DNA of 64,000 bases from Histomonas meleagridis 2922-C6/04-290x (GCA_020184695.1 JAANOX010000253.1:62001-126000), one strand, 5' to 3'. Positions 31,950 to 42,292 are shown, numbered from the stretch's first letter. Numbers and translations are program-made. Notes: generated by a model from the sequence alone, not told the origin.

Positions 31950-33500
31950 CTAAACTTTATTTTGTTCATTTTCATTTCTATTTTCTACATCTACGAAATT
32001 ACTTTCTAAAGTATTTTTGGATTCAATACCCTTTGCATTTTCGTTTGGATCTCTTTCTTTCCAAATTTTTCTTAATGGGAATATGACAATTATCATACCG
32101 ACGACAACAGCCAAACCCGAACTGATTGGGAAAGTGTACATCATCCTAATGAAGTCATGATCATTAGTGTAATAAAGTAATAACAAAGCGCCAATATAAG
32201 TACAAAAAGTTGCAGTCAGCATGTAAACTGTTGCAGTAGTACCATATTGCAATGCTTGCAAAATAGTTTGGCAGACATTCCTAATCCAAGAAAACGGAGC
32301 CTCCCAATTAGAAATTCTTAACATTGGTGTTGCATATTTTAAGTATTCTGGACTTGATGATATTGACATTGCAACTAGTTTAGCATCAAACGCTGTTAGC
32401 AATGTAGTACTTACTCCCCATATTAAGTTAAGCCAACAAGAATGCCCGATCAAATGAAAGATACGCAAGTATCGATGTGACGTAAAAGCATATGATGCTG
32501 CTGGTAACAAACCCATTGAAACTGCTAATCTAACTGAATCAGTGATACCGAAAATTCTGGTAACTGCATTAAATCCTGCAATTGCATTTTCAAAATCTCC
32601 TTCAGGTGATTTTTCTGCACACAAGCCCATGAACTTACGAAGGAAAATACTTGGGATACTACGGGATAAGTTCATGATGAGCTGTGATATCCCAACTTTT
32701 AATGCAGGAAGCGTGTGAGGTGAAAACTTTTTGAATAGACCTGACAGTTTCGGTTTGACACCAAATTTGCCACAAAAGAACAAAGTCAGAACGAGAAAGC
32801 CAGGAATAAATTCGGATACAACTGTGGCTATAGCTGCGCCAAGAGTTTGCCATTTGAAAACGACAACAAAGAGTGGGCAAAAAAGACCCATATTTGCAAC
32901 AAGTGAACATACTTGAGTAATGGCAACTAAATTAGATCGACCTTCAGCTTGTAAACATCCACACATAAGAAGATATATGCAGGTAACAAAACAAAAACAA
33001 TTCAAAGGTGTTAAATATTGAAAACCGAGATCAATGATATCTTCTTTGGCACCAAACCATCGACCCAATGGCTTAGATGCTGGTGTTAAAACAGCTGGCA
33101 CAAATATACCACAAAGTATTGAAACTCGAATTAAATCACAAATAACTTGTCCAGCTTCTTCTCCTTTAAGCTCACCAAAAAGAGCCGAAATTTTTGATGA
33201 AGCTGTTGTCAGCATGAAGAAACCAAAAGCTCTACCAATGTTATCAAGGTTTGAATAAATTGAAATGGCACTCATTCCTTTGTCACCCATGGCTTTAGAT
33301 ATCCACATTGAAGTAATAACACCATAAAGACCTGACACAAGTTGTGAGATAAGAGGTCCAACAGTAAGGATAAGAAGAGTTTTAAGTGGGCCTCTACCAC
33401 CAAGACGGTAGTGTTCATCTTCTTCTAGCTTCTTTTCTTCTTCATCTTTTTTATTTTCTAAAAGGCTTTGTGTATAATTTGGGTCTTTATCTGTGTTCAT
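31950..33500 (-). CDS. MATE family efflux transporter
   Basis: Two six-TM halves; GPLISQLVSGLYGVITSMWISKAMG; LQAEGRS. Confidence 0.85.
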   Translation of the reverse strand: MNTDKDPNYTQSLLENKKDEEEKKLEEDEHYRLGGRGPLKTLLILTVGPLISQLVSGLYGVITSMWISKAMGDKGMSAISIYSNLDNIGRAFGFFMLTTASSKISALFGELKGEEAGQVICDLIRVSILCGIFVPAVLTPASKPLGRWFGAKEDIIDLGFQYLTPLNCFCFVTCIYLLMCGCLQAEGRSNLVAITQVCSLVANMGLFCPLFVVVFKWQTLGAAIATVVSEFIPGFLVLTLFFCGKFGVKPKLSGLFKKFSPHTLPALKVGISQLIMNLSRSIPSIFLRKFMGLCAEKSPEGDFENAIAGFNAVTRIFGITDSVRLAVSMGLLPAASYAFTSHRYLRIFHLIGHSCWLNLIWGVSTTLLTAFDAKLVAMSISSSPEYLKYATPMLRISNWEAPFSWIRNVCQTILQALQYGTTATVYMLTATFCTYIGALLLLYYTNDHDFIRMMYTFPISSGLAVVVGMIIVIFPLRKIWKERDPNENAKGIESKNTLESNFVDVENRNENEQNKV

Positions 33501-33671
33501 AATTATAATTTAATCTATCGCATCTCAAAATTTCAAAGATCCAACCATTTTTTTCAGAGGGTGATAGCGATTAACACCCAACGATACTTATGGCCGATCT
33601 TCTGGAAAAGTCGTTTATCCAAAAGTGTCATTGCGATGTACGTTTAATATTTTTATAACAACATTATCGAA

Positions 33672-34214
33672 ATGAAAGATGTTTCTGAATCATCTCCAAT
33701 GAATGCTAAAGGGTCATTAAATATGATGGAAAAACTACTAGATACAGTTGTTGAGGAAAAAATATTACAAAGAGATTTTGTATTACAAACATCAGCAGTT
33801 TTTAATGATACAAATAAACAAAATATATGTTCTTTGTCAATGATAGATAAACGCTTATCCGAAGTTGCAAGTCAGTTTCTCACTTATTTAAATGATATCC
33901 ATACTCATATAAGTATAATGCTTCTTCGAAAAACAGAACAAAGTCAAGATATTTCTGAACTCAACAGTTTTGCAAATGATATTGATGCCATCAAACAACA
34001 TTTAGTAGATATTTCATTTGAAATTGTTGATTTCTATGAAAAGCATGATACAAAACTCAAGATGAAAAACTTTGGGTCTACTGAGCCCCAGAGTGAAATT
34101 CGTAAGATTTTAATAAGGGGGCATAAAGACTGGATAAATTATCAGGTCAATTATATAATTCTTAGCATGCATAGCGTTTCCACAATCTACCGACTTCTCA
34201 CGAATCTACAATGA
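33672..34214 (+). CDS. Hypothetical helical protein
   Basis: 180-aa ORF with ATG start, divergent from the MATE gene; no family recognised. Confidence 0.55.
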   Translation: MKDVSESSPMNAKGSLNMMEKLLDTVVEEKILQRDFVLQTSAVFNDTNKQNICSLSMIDKRLSEVASQFLTYLNDIHTHISIMLLRKTEQSQDISELNSFANDIDAIKQHLVDISFEIVDFYEKHDTKLKMKNFGSTEPQSEIRKILIRGHKDWINYQVNYIILSMHSVSTIYRLLTNLQ

Positions 34215-34781
34215 AACAGATTTTTTTTAGAAAACACATATATAAAAAATCAAATATTTTTATTATTAATCAAATTTTGGAATTCAACACTTAAAATCAT
34301 TTTATAGTAAAACAAGTATCCCCGAAGTACAACAGTACTTAAAGTTGTTTTTAAGAATTTAAAGATGAAGCAAAACGAAGACAATGATAATTATTTCATG
34401 AAATTTTATATGAAGATGTTTTTTTTAATAAATTTGCATAATTCTATAATTATAATATTTTCATGTAACTTGTTTTATTCAATAATTATTTAAAATATAA
34501 ATTTATTAATTCCATATTTATCCATTTTGTATCTGAAATGATCCTAACTGCTGATTTCCCAAACAAACATACTCAATCTATATGCCGATCAAATTACGAT
34601 ATCGTATGAGTAAAGCTCACAATCGAGTAACGAACCGAAAACTTAACTACACAAATGGGACTGCTTTTGATCGTTTTTTACAGAAATACCATTCAAAAAG
34701 TTGGATTTGGTGTTTCCTTTTTTGAACATAAGTTTTATAATATGTGGAAACAAATCAATTTCAAATCAAAAGTTTATTTTT

Positions 34782-36428
34782 TTAGTCGACATCACTTAGC
34801 ACACGAATAATTTCTGGTAAAATCTGAATTTTCCTTGATAGCACTCCAGGGCACAAATATTCCTGATTTGATTGTCTTTCGTACTTCAACTTCTTTTCTT
34901 TTTCAGGGTATGGCGTCATTAGCATTATACTATCTTCTTTTATAATGTTTGTAATTACAATCATTGCCCAATCCAATTTGTTTTCTTGTTTCACTTGCTC
35001 AAGCACTTCTAACCAATGTTCTTTAATCTCGTCGATACCTTGAAACTGCGTAACTTCGCATTGACCGATTCCGAATTTGGTTCCATATTCGGAAAATATC
35101 TTAAAGTCAGAAGTGATTAGTTTCCGTGCGTCTTGTGTCGTTATCGACGCTCCTCCACTGAACATTGTTTCTCCGAAGTTTTGTAAACTTTGGATTCCTG
35201 CAATTCGCGTTAATTTCGCAGCAACTTCTTGATCAATTAATGTTGTCGTTGGTGACTTTAACATTACTGTATCCGATATTAGCCCGGACAGTAACACCAG
35301 CGCTGTTTCTTGATCTAATTCTTGGTCATATTTTCGATAAAGATTATATACTATAGTGCACGTGCTGCCTAAAGGTTCTGCATCAATGAATATCGGCGTA
35401 GAAGTTTTTTCCGCAGCAAGACGATGGTGATCAATGATTTCGATGATTTCAGCATCTTCAAGTCCAGAGATATATTGACTTGGCTCATTATGATCTACAA
35501 GAATAACTTTCTTCTTCGGGCGGACTAAAAATGAGGACTTTTGAACGATGCCATAAAAATCGCCTTCTTCATTTAATACTGGAAATGCTCGGAATGTGGT
35601 GGATGTAAAGAGTTGCTTGACATCATCAAAATAATCTGTAGGACTGACTGGTGGTGGCTGCTCTTGTCCCATTAAATTCTTTAATGGAATTGACATTTTC
35701 AGATATTGAAGTGTTTGCTCGGATTCAATCTCGGATATAAAAATCGTCCCTTTGTAATTGGATGTGTCAATTTGTAGGCTACGATCGCTTTCATTACATA
35801 CAATTATAATGGCAGGAACATTCATCTCCATGGCTAATTCAATATGGCGTTTTCGGTTGCCTAAAATAACAAGCGGGAGATGTTTGCGATGTTGTTTCAT
35901 TGTGCTTTGGAATTGTTCAAACTTCTTGAGACCAATGACAATTGTAGAAATAAACTCTGTTTGCTCACCTACCTTTAAAAATCGGCCTTTAATAAGCTTG
36001 GGAAAGTTATGGATATAGAACTTATACTTGGGACGTGCAACTGAGGACTTTTTAAGAAGATAATTGGTAATAGCTTCAATAGGAAGCATTCCACAATATT
36101 TCTCCCCTTGGAAAACAGGAATTACCGAGTAATTCTTCTTATTAAAATAATTACAGATGTTGAATAAAGGATCGTCAAGTTGATGAAGTTCTTCGCATTT
36201 AAGTATAACATCATATACACGTGGCTTAATATCGTTAACATACATAGGTGCTTTAATTCCAAGACGTGAAAATTGTGCATTAGTAATATCATTCATATGT
36301 CCACGAATGGGAATGTAATTTCGTGTTGGGTCAACCATATTTTTCAATTTGGCGTAGGCCCATGAAGAACATACAGAATCCATATCTGGATTCCTGTGTC
36401 CTGTGACAAACACTTGTTCGCGTGACAT
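34782..36428 (-). CDS. ppaC: Family II Mn-dependent inorganic pyrophosphatase with CBS-DRTGG-CBS insert
   Basis: GHRNPDMDS, LVDHNE, IIDHH, EPLGSTCT, LLSGLISDT and a DHHA2-type C-terminus, with an insert of about 230 aa. Confidence 0.9.
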   Translation of the reverse strand: MSREQVFVTGHRNPDMDSVCSSWAYAKLKNMVDPTRNYIPIRGHMNDITNAQFSRLGIKAPMYVNDIKPRVYDVILKCEELHQLDDPLFNICNYFNKKNYSVIPVFQGEKYCGMLPIEAITNYLLKKSSVARPKYKFYIHNFPKLIKGRFLKVGEQTEFISTIVIGLKKFEQFQSTMKQHRKHLPLVILGNRKRHIELAMEMNVPAIIIVCNESDRSLQIDTSNYKGTIFISEIESEQTLQYLKMSIPLKNLMGQEQPPPVSPTDYFDDVKQLFTSTTFRAFPVLNEEGDFYGIVQKSSFLVRPKKKVILVDHNEPSQYISGLEDAEIIEIIDHHRLAAEKTSTPIFIDAEPLGSTCTIVYNLYRKYDQELDQETALVLLSGLISDTVMLKSPTTTLIDQEVAAKLTRIAGIQSLQNFGETMFSGGASITTQDARKLITSDFKIFSEYGTKFGIGQCEVTQFQGIDEIKEHWLEVLEQVKQENKLDWAMIVITNIIKEDSIMLMTPYPEKEKKLKYERQSNQEYLCPGVLSRKIQILPEIIRVLSDVD

Positions 36429-36639
36429 TTATTAAAAAAGCTTCTATTATCGTTTTACTCATTGTCGTTTCTGATTCAATTTTGTTAGAAACGCATCACG
36501 TGTTTGCGCCCAAATTCAAACAAACCTCACTTAAAAAGAACGATGGAATTTTTTCAATGTATGACCTCACTTCATCAGCGTTTGTAAATCGTACAGACTT
36601 AGTCAAAAACAATTTGAATGAGGTGCACTTTTGATATAA

Positions 36640-36657
36640 AAAGTGACTTGGTCATTT
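36640..36657 (+). promoter_or_regulatory. AAAGTGAC (trichomonad motif M2) plus Inr-like TCATTT upstream of the ankyrin gene
   Basis: AAAGTGAC at 36640-36647, TCATTT at 36652-36657, ATG at 36661. The same octamer precedes the paralogue at 63711. Confidence 0.55.
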
Positions 36658-36660
36658 CTT

Positions 36661-39600
36661 ATGAAGAATGGGAAATGCAATTCTACTGATATGGCATTAC
36701 TATTAGAACTTGAAAAAATTATATTTAATTTAACTAAAAACAATATTAATTTAATGGTTCAACAAACAATGGAATTATTTGATTATAATTTTCCATATTC
36801 ATTTAATTTTATCATAAGCAATTTAGTTTTCTATGCATTTCTTTCTCATAGTAATTTATACAATGTTTATATAAAATATTTGGAATCATTACAAATAAAA
36901 GAAGAAGAAATAAATAAAAATAATTTTAAAATCATTGATATTTTTGCAGTATATATTTCCAAAATTGATTCTCAAGAATCAAATTTTTTTCTTGCTAAAT
37001 TAATTGAAAATAATTTAATAGAACCAAAATTTGGTCAAAATAACCTTAATCCATATTTCGTTCAATATATAACTAATATAAAAAATTTGGAATATGATGT
37101 TTCTACCTTTACATTGCAACTTTTTAAAAATTATGCAGAACTATCAAAGAATGATTGGGAGCTTCATAAGAAATTAATTGAAGAAGGAGTTAACCCTAAT
37201 AAAATTGCAAAAATAATTCGAAATGATGAAATCGAAAAACTTCAAGAAATATCATCACAAACAAATTTTGATTTTAATCAATTTATTATGCCATCACTTT
37301 ATGAAAGATGTTCATATATTAATGAAGAAAATGTTGCATTAATTGATTATGCAGCATTTTTTGGATCAGTTAAATGTTTTAAATATTTACTTATGAATGG
37401 CGCAAATGTAATAAATGCAGGTAAATATGCTGTTGCAGGTGGAAATGAAGAAATCATCCATTTGTGTGAACAAAATCATTCTTCATTTGAAGATGCATAT
37501 GAAACAGCAATTAAATACCATAGAAATGATGTCTTTAAATATCTTTATGAGAATAAATTGGAAAAAATGGATGACGATTATCAAGAATTGGATTTTCCAA
37601 TCTGGGAATGGATTGGGAAACAAAAGATAAAAACATCAAGTTTCGTACGTCAAAATTTGGTAATGTTATCTTTTAAAAGCGGCAACTTTGTAATTTTTGC
37701 ATTTTTGGAGAAAGAAGGAGTGCGTATTGAGCCTTGTCTTATCGATAAAGCAGCACAAATTGGAAACCTTTATATTGTCAAGTATTTACTTCAATATAAT
37801 TCTGTTCCATTCGATATTTTGCTATTTTCTTTAGAATCAGAAAATAACGAACTTACTAAATTTCTTTTGGAACAAAAAGGATTTCATATTAACGCTAGAG
37901 ATCGAATTCATATTAATAATTTTTTGTTTTAATATAACAATTGGAAATTATTTAAACTATTTCGAACAGCACTTATATCTGCATCTTCAAAAGGTAATAC
38001 AGAAATAGTTAAGTTACTTCTTGAACAAGAAGGAATTGATATTAATACTAAAAGTAATTATTTGTTTTGTTTAAAATTTATTTTAATAATTTGTTATTTC
38101 AAAATAATATTTGGAAATTCTATCAAATATTTAGAACAGCACTTATGATTGCATCTTCAAAAGGTAATACAGAAATAGTTAAGTTACTTCTTGAACAAGA
38201 AGGAATTGATATTAATGCTAAAAATATTGATTTGTTTTATTTAATATTTATATTATGAATTTAGAATTTCTAAATAATACTTAAAAATTATTTAAAATAT
38301 TTAAAACGGCACTTATGATTGCATCTATAAAGGGTAACATCGAAATAGTTAAACTCCTTCTTCAACAAGAAGGTGTCGATATTAACGCTGTGGATGAAAT
38401 TTATTTTGTTAATTTCTTATTTTAAAATAACATATGAAAATTATTTAAAATGTTTAATACATCATTAATATATGCATCTCAAAAAGGTCACGCAGAAATA
38501 GTTAAATCGCATCTTGAGCATAAAAATCTCAATATTAATGTTACAAATATTTATTTGTTTTGTTTTTTATTTATTTTGATAATTTTTTATTTGAAAACAA
38601 TTTTTGGTAATTCTTTCTATTATTTGAAACAGCACTTATGCAAGCATCTATAAATGGTCATATAGAAATCGTTGAATTACTTCTTAAACATGAAGGAATT
38701 GATCTTAATGTTAAAAATATTTTTTTATTTTACTCAATTCTTGTTGAAATGATATAAAATTTCTTGGTAAAATTCGAAATATTTTCAAACTATTTGAAAC
38801 TATTCTTATGTTTGCAACTATAAATAATCATGTAGAAATAGTAAAGTTACTTCTTAAAAATAAAAAAATTGATGTGAATATAAAAAATATTTAATTGTTT
38901 TTTTTCAGATTTATTTTGTTGTTTTAATGCTTAATGATAATATTTGGAATTTTTTAAAACAATTCGAAACACTGCTTATATTAGCATGTAGAGAAGGCAT
39001 GCTAGAAATGGTCAAATTATTTCTTAAAGAAGAAGAAATTGATGTTAATGATAAAGATATTTATTTAAATTATATTATACATATTTAAATATTATGAAAT
39101 TTCAAATAAATGTTTGGTAATTACTTAAAATATTTAATACAGCACTTATGAAGGGAATATTAAACAATAAGATAGAAATAGTAAAATTACTTATTCAAAA
39201 AGAAGAAATAGATGTTAATTCTAAAAATTCTTGCTTATTTTATGTCAAATTTCTTTTAATAATTTTGGGTCTCAAAATATTACATGAAAATTAATTAAAA
39301 GCTTTTTGACTCCTCTTATTATTGCATCAGAAAACGGGTATATTGATATTGTAAAATTACTTCTTGAACATGAAAACGTTGATATTAATGCAAAAGAAAA
39401 TGTATATTTGTTTTATATATTGTTTGATCTTATAATTTGATTTTTAAAAATATAATTTGGAAATTAATTAAAACATATAATACAGCACTCATATTGTCAA
39501 TAAAAAATAAACATGTAGATATAGCAAAATTACTTCTTGAACAAGAAAAAATTGATATCAATGTCAAAAATGTTTTTACATCTTAATTAATATTTATTTT

Positions 39601-39899
39601 AATAATATATGATTTTTAAGCAATATTTGGAAGTTATGCAAAAAATTTAATACAGCACTTATTTGGGCATCTTATAATGGATGTATAGAAATAGTTAAAA
39701 TACTTCTTGAAAGAGATGATACTGATATTAATGCTGAAAATGTTTGATTATTATATTAGATATTTGTTTATGCAATTTGATGTTTCAAAATAATAATAGG
39801 AATTCACTTAAATTATTTGATACGGCAATTATTTGGGCATCTGAAAATGATCACCCAGAAGTTGTTAAATTACTCCTTAATAAGGGTGCAATATATTAG
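36661..39899 (+). CDS. DUF3447-type ankyrin-repeat protein; 416-aa continuous N-terminus plus 12 spacer-separated ankyrin modules (about 808 aa if joined)
   Basis: Modules at 37960-38058, 38130-38228, 38300-38401, 38453-38551, 38623-38721, 38793-38891, 38963-39061, 39133-39231, 39303-39404, 39476-39574, 39646-39744 and 39816-39899. All translate without internal stop or frameshift as (F/Y)xT(A/S/I/L/P)L...EIVKLLL...IDIN.K(N/D)(I/V); the last ends GAIY-TAG. Confidence 0.85.
37909..39815 (+). repeat. Twelve diverged non-coding spacers of exactly 71 nt (x10) or 51 nt (x2)
   Basis: Counted base by base. 51 nt: 37909-37959 and 38402-38452. 71 nt: starting at 38059, 38229, 38552, 38722, 38892, 39062, 39232, 39405, 39575 and 39745. 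Confidence 0.95.
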
Positions 39900-40211
39900 A
39901 ACTAGGCGTGATTAGTTCAACTGCAATAAATTGTAATTGTAAAATAAAAATATCTTGTGCAATATATTTATAAAATTTTTTTTGGAGGTGTTCTTATTTT
40001 TTATATACAGAGTAAGCTCCAAAGAACAACCATGAAGCTTAATATTAGCTATTTCACATTTTCTTTTTGATTTTAATATGAAATTACATATTAACATGTT
40101 GTACTAGTGCTTGATTAATTAACAAAATATTGGAAATAATTATTCCAACTAAAAAAAAATTCCTTTGTTTTAATTTTTTTGAATAGTTTACTACGTATCG
40201 TATATTTTACT

Positions 40212-40694
40212 ATGGAGATCAATACATACAAAATAATTGATGCACAATACATTAATGATAATAACGAAAAATATTTTCGTGTTGTTGAATTTGGTCCATG
40301 TCTTGTACAACATTGGGTTATTGACCAAAAATTGCAAGATAAAAAATCTACAAAACTCATCAGAAAATACGGTCAAACAGTTCCTCGCGAATTTGTAGAC
40401 AGTGAAACTCAGACAATTCCTGTAAATGACTCTGATCAAACTGATTCACACATTTATTATCAAATTCGAGATGTTAAACCATATGAATCAATTCTCCCAA
40501 CGTTTTCGGATATTGGTTTCAGTGAACTTCCTTCTTGCCCCCTTGTTCCTTCTGTTGTACACTCGATATCTGTAGAAAAAAATGAAGCAATCGTTTCATA
40601 TTCAGATTCGAACGAAAAACATAAGATTGGGCTTCCGTTATTAATTTCTTTGAATCCAAAACTAGTTGCACAATTCTTTGTTGAAAATCAATAA
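40212..40694 (+). CDS. Divergent HP1-like protein (chromo-like + chromoshadow-like)
   Basis: N-terminal YKIIDAQY...KYFRVVEFG...HW...LIRKY; C-terminal AIVSYSDSNEKHKIGLPLLISLNPKLVAQFFVEN resembles the chromoshadow end (PQxVIxFYE). Confidence 0.5.
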   Translation: MEINTYKIIDAQYINDNNEKYFRVVEFGPCLVQHWVIDQKLQDKKSTKLIRKYGQTVPREFVDSETQTIPVNDSDQTDSHIYYQIRDVKPYESILPTFSDIGFSELPSCPLVPSVVHSISVEKNEAIVSYSDSNEKHKIGLPLLISLNPKLVAQFFVENQ

Positions 40695-40870
40695 ATTATG
40701 TACATATGTTTTTAAAAACAACGCTAAATTTGTTATCACATATTTTCGAAGTTCGTGAAGCAAGAGTATAAAGTGATATGTTTTCATTCACTCTTATTTA
40801 AATACCTAGTACGAGCTAAAAAGGGAAAAAAGTGCACTCCAAGATGTTTGAAAGTTAACGGCTTGTAAAA

Positions 40871-40880
40871 ACGACCGTTA
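40871..40880 (+). promoter_or_regulatory. ACGACCGTTA Myb-like upstream motif
   Basis: Lies 20 nt upstream of the ATG at 40901; identical decamer at 59261. Confidence 0.4.
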
Positions 40881-40900
40881 ATTTTGACCAAGAAATAACA

Positions 40901-41398
40901 ATGGAAAGAGGCGATGATTATATGGATAAAGCACTTAGAACAATATATGTAGGCAGGATACCTCCAGAGTGTAATGAAATGAAATTAATAATTGATCATT
41001 TTTCTCAGTATGGGCATATCGACTCAATTTGGGTTGGAAAGACCAAAGCTACCATAGAATTTCAGACAAAGGAATCAGCTGCAATCGCTATAGAATCACC
41101 ACGCCCATTTTGCAATAACAGATTTGTTAAAGTAACATATCATCTATATCCAGAGAAGTCAGAGGCTAATCTTATCAAAGCAAGTAATATACAATTGATA
41201 CGTGAGCAAAATAAAAAAGTTTGTGAAGAAATTGAAATAAATAAGCAAGAAACCGAAATGCTCCGTGAAGATATGATCAGACAAACTTCAAAGAAAAATG
41301 CACCTTCATCAAATGAACATGAGGAGCGTATAAATTCGCGAGCTCATGAAACAGAAGAGCAATTTGAGAAAAAGAATAATGCGGAAAAATCAAAATAA
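40901..41398 (+). CDS. RRM protein, RBM26/27-like
   Basis: RIPPECNEMKLIIDHFSQYG...FCNNRFVKVTYH matches the RBM26/27-type RRM, followed by a coiled coil. Confidence 0.65.
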   Translation: MERGDDYMDKALRTIYVGRIPPECNEMKLIIDHFSQYGHIDSIWVGKTKATIEFQTKESAAIAIESPRPFCNNRFVKVTYHLYPEKSEANLIKASNIQLIREQNKKVCEEIEINKQETEMLREDMIRQTSKKNAPSSNEHEERINSRAHETEEQFEKKNNAEKSK

Positions 41399-41462
41399 TG
41401 TCGAATTTCTCACTCAAATCTAGTCTTAATATGAAAAAACAAAATGATTTAGTAAATAAATA

Positions 41463-42017
41463 TCAGGTTTCTTGGATATAAACTATGGTATTCTTTAAAT
41501 GAGGTTCAACCTTTTCCCAATTCACATACATCCACTCAATGATTCTTTTCTTTGATTTTGTGTAACGCTTTTTTAAAGGAATAGATGTTTTTTTGGAAAT
41601 AATTGATGCGATTTTACGTAAATCACTCATTTTAACCTTCTTGCCAAATGCCTTCTGTATGTTGGAAAGAATTTCTGTTTCGAAATCTGATGAAACTCCC
41701 TTTTTTAATTCCTTCGTTTGATAAAATGTTTTTGGAACAGATAAGTCTTCAAGTGTTGGAGGATCTTTAGCATATGGCCAACAGTATTCTGCTATTTTAG
41801 TGGAATCAAACAAAGGACCATTTATTTCTTCATTTGCATCGAGATGGTCATTTAACTTGTGTGCAAAGTTTATTGCGATTTTTATAAGTATTTCATCATC
41901 ACTAATGATCTTTTCTATTGCTTCTGATAGTTTCTCAATTATTTCGAGTTTTGTTTCTGTTTTCTTCATCTCCCCATCGGTTAAGATTTCAAAATTGGAA
42001 AACATACAATATGTCAT
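41463..42017 (-). CDS. Trichomonad-expanded hypothetical protein with a basic C-terminal helical domain
   Basis: DLRKIASIISKKTSIPLKKRYTKSKKRIIEWMYVNWEKVEPHL resembles a motif common in trichomonad hypothetical proteins; start codon uncertain. Confidence 0.6.
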   Translation of the reverse strand: MTYCMFSNFEILTDGEMKKTETKLEIIEKLSEAIEKIISDDEILIKIAINFAHKLNDHLDANEEINGPLFDSTKIAEYCWPYAKDPPTLEDLSVPKTFYQTKELKKGVSSDFETEILSNIQKAFGKKVKMSDLRKIASIISKKTSIPLKKRYTKSKKRIIEWMYVNWEKVEPHLKNTIVYIQET

Positions 42018-42292
42018 AAACTTTTCAATAATTTTTTCCAGCAACAAATAACATGTTATTTGTAAAAAAAATTATCATTATTACTCAATCAAATTGTTAC
42101 CTCAAGCAGTAACTTAACTCAACAATCACATGGATCGATCCGAGATTTTTAACATTAATATTTATGAAATCATTTGCAAGAAAAAAAAAAATATTTTTAT
42201 TATCTTTAAAAACTCATAACACTAAGTGTAGCAGATCACAAGTAGCACGGCGTTTTTATGCTACCTTAATTTTGAGTTTGGACAGTCTTTAT

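Noticed and set aside
38059-38150. Hydrophobic read-through peptides (YLFCLKFILIICYF...) as selected tail anchors
   Set aside because: Expected from T-rich codons. Other spacers stop at the first codon (38892, 39745), so the peptide is not conserved.
37909-39815. Spacers as ordinary spliceosomal introns
   Set aside because: No conserved GT/GC start, AG end or ACTAAC branch site in any sliding register. The single TTTTTTTTCAG near 38900-38908 is not shared by other spacers.
37909-39815. Spacers as sequencing or assembly artefacts
   Set aside because: Each spacer has a unique sequence, exact length and identical insertion point, in independent loci and on both strands.
37909-39899. Stop-codon reassignment or readthrough as the explanation
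   Set aside because: The 71- and 31-nt spacers shift the frame regardless of code, and TAA, TAG and TGA all terminate normal genes in this window.
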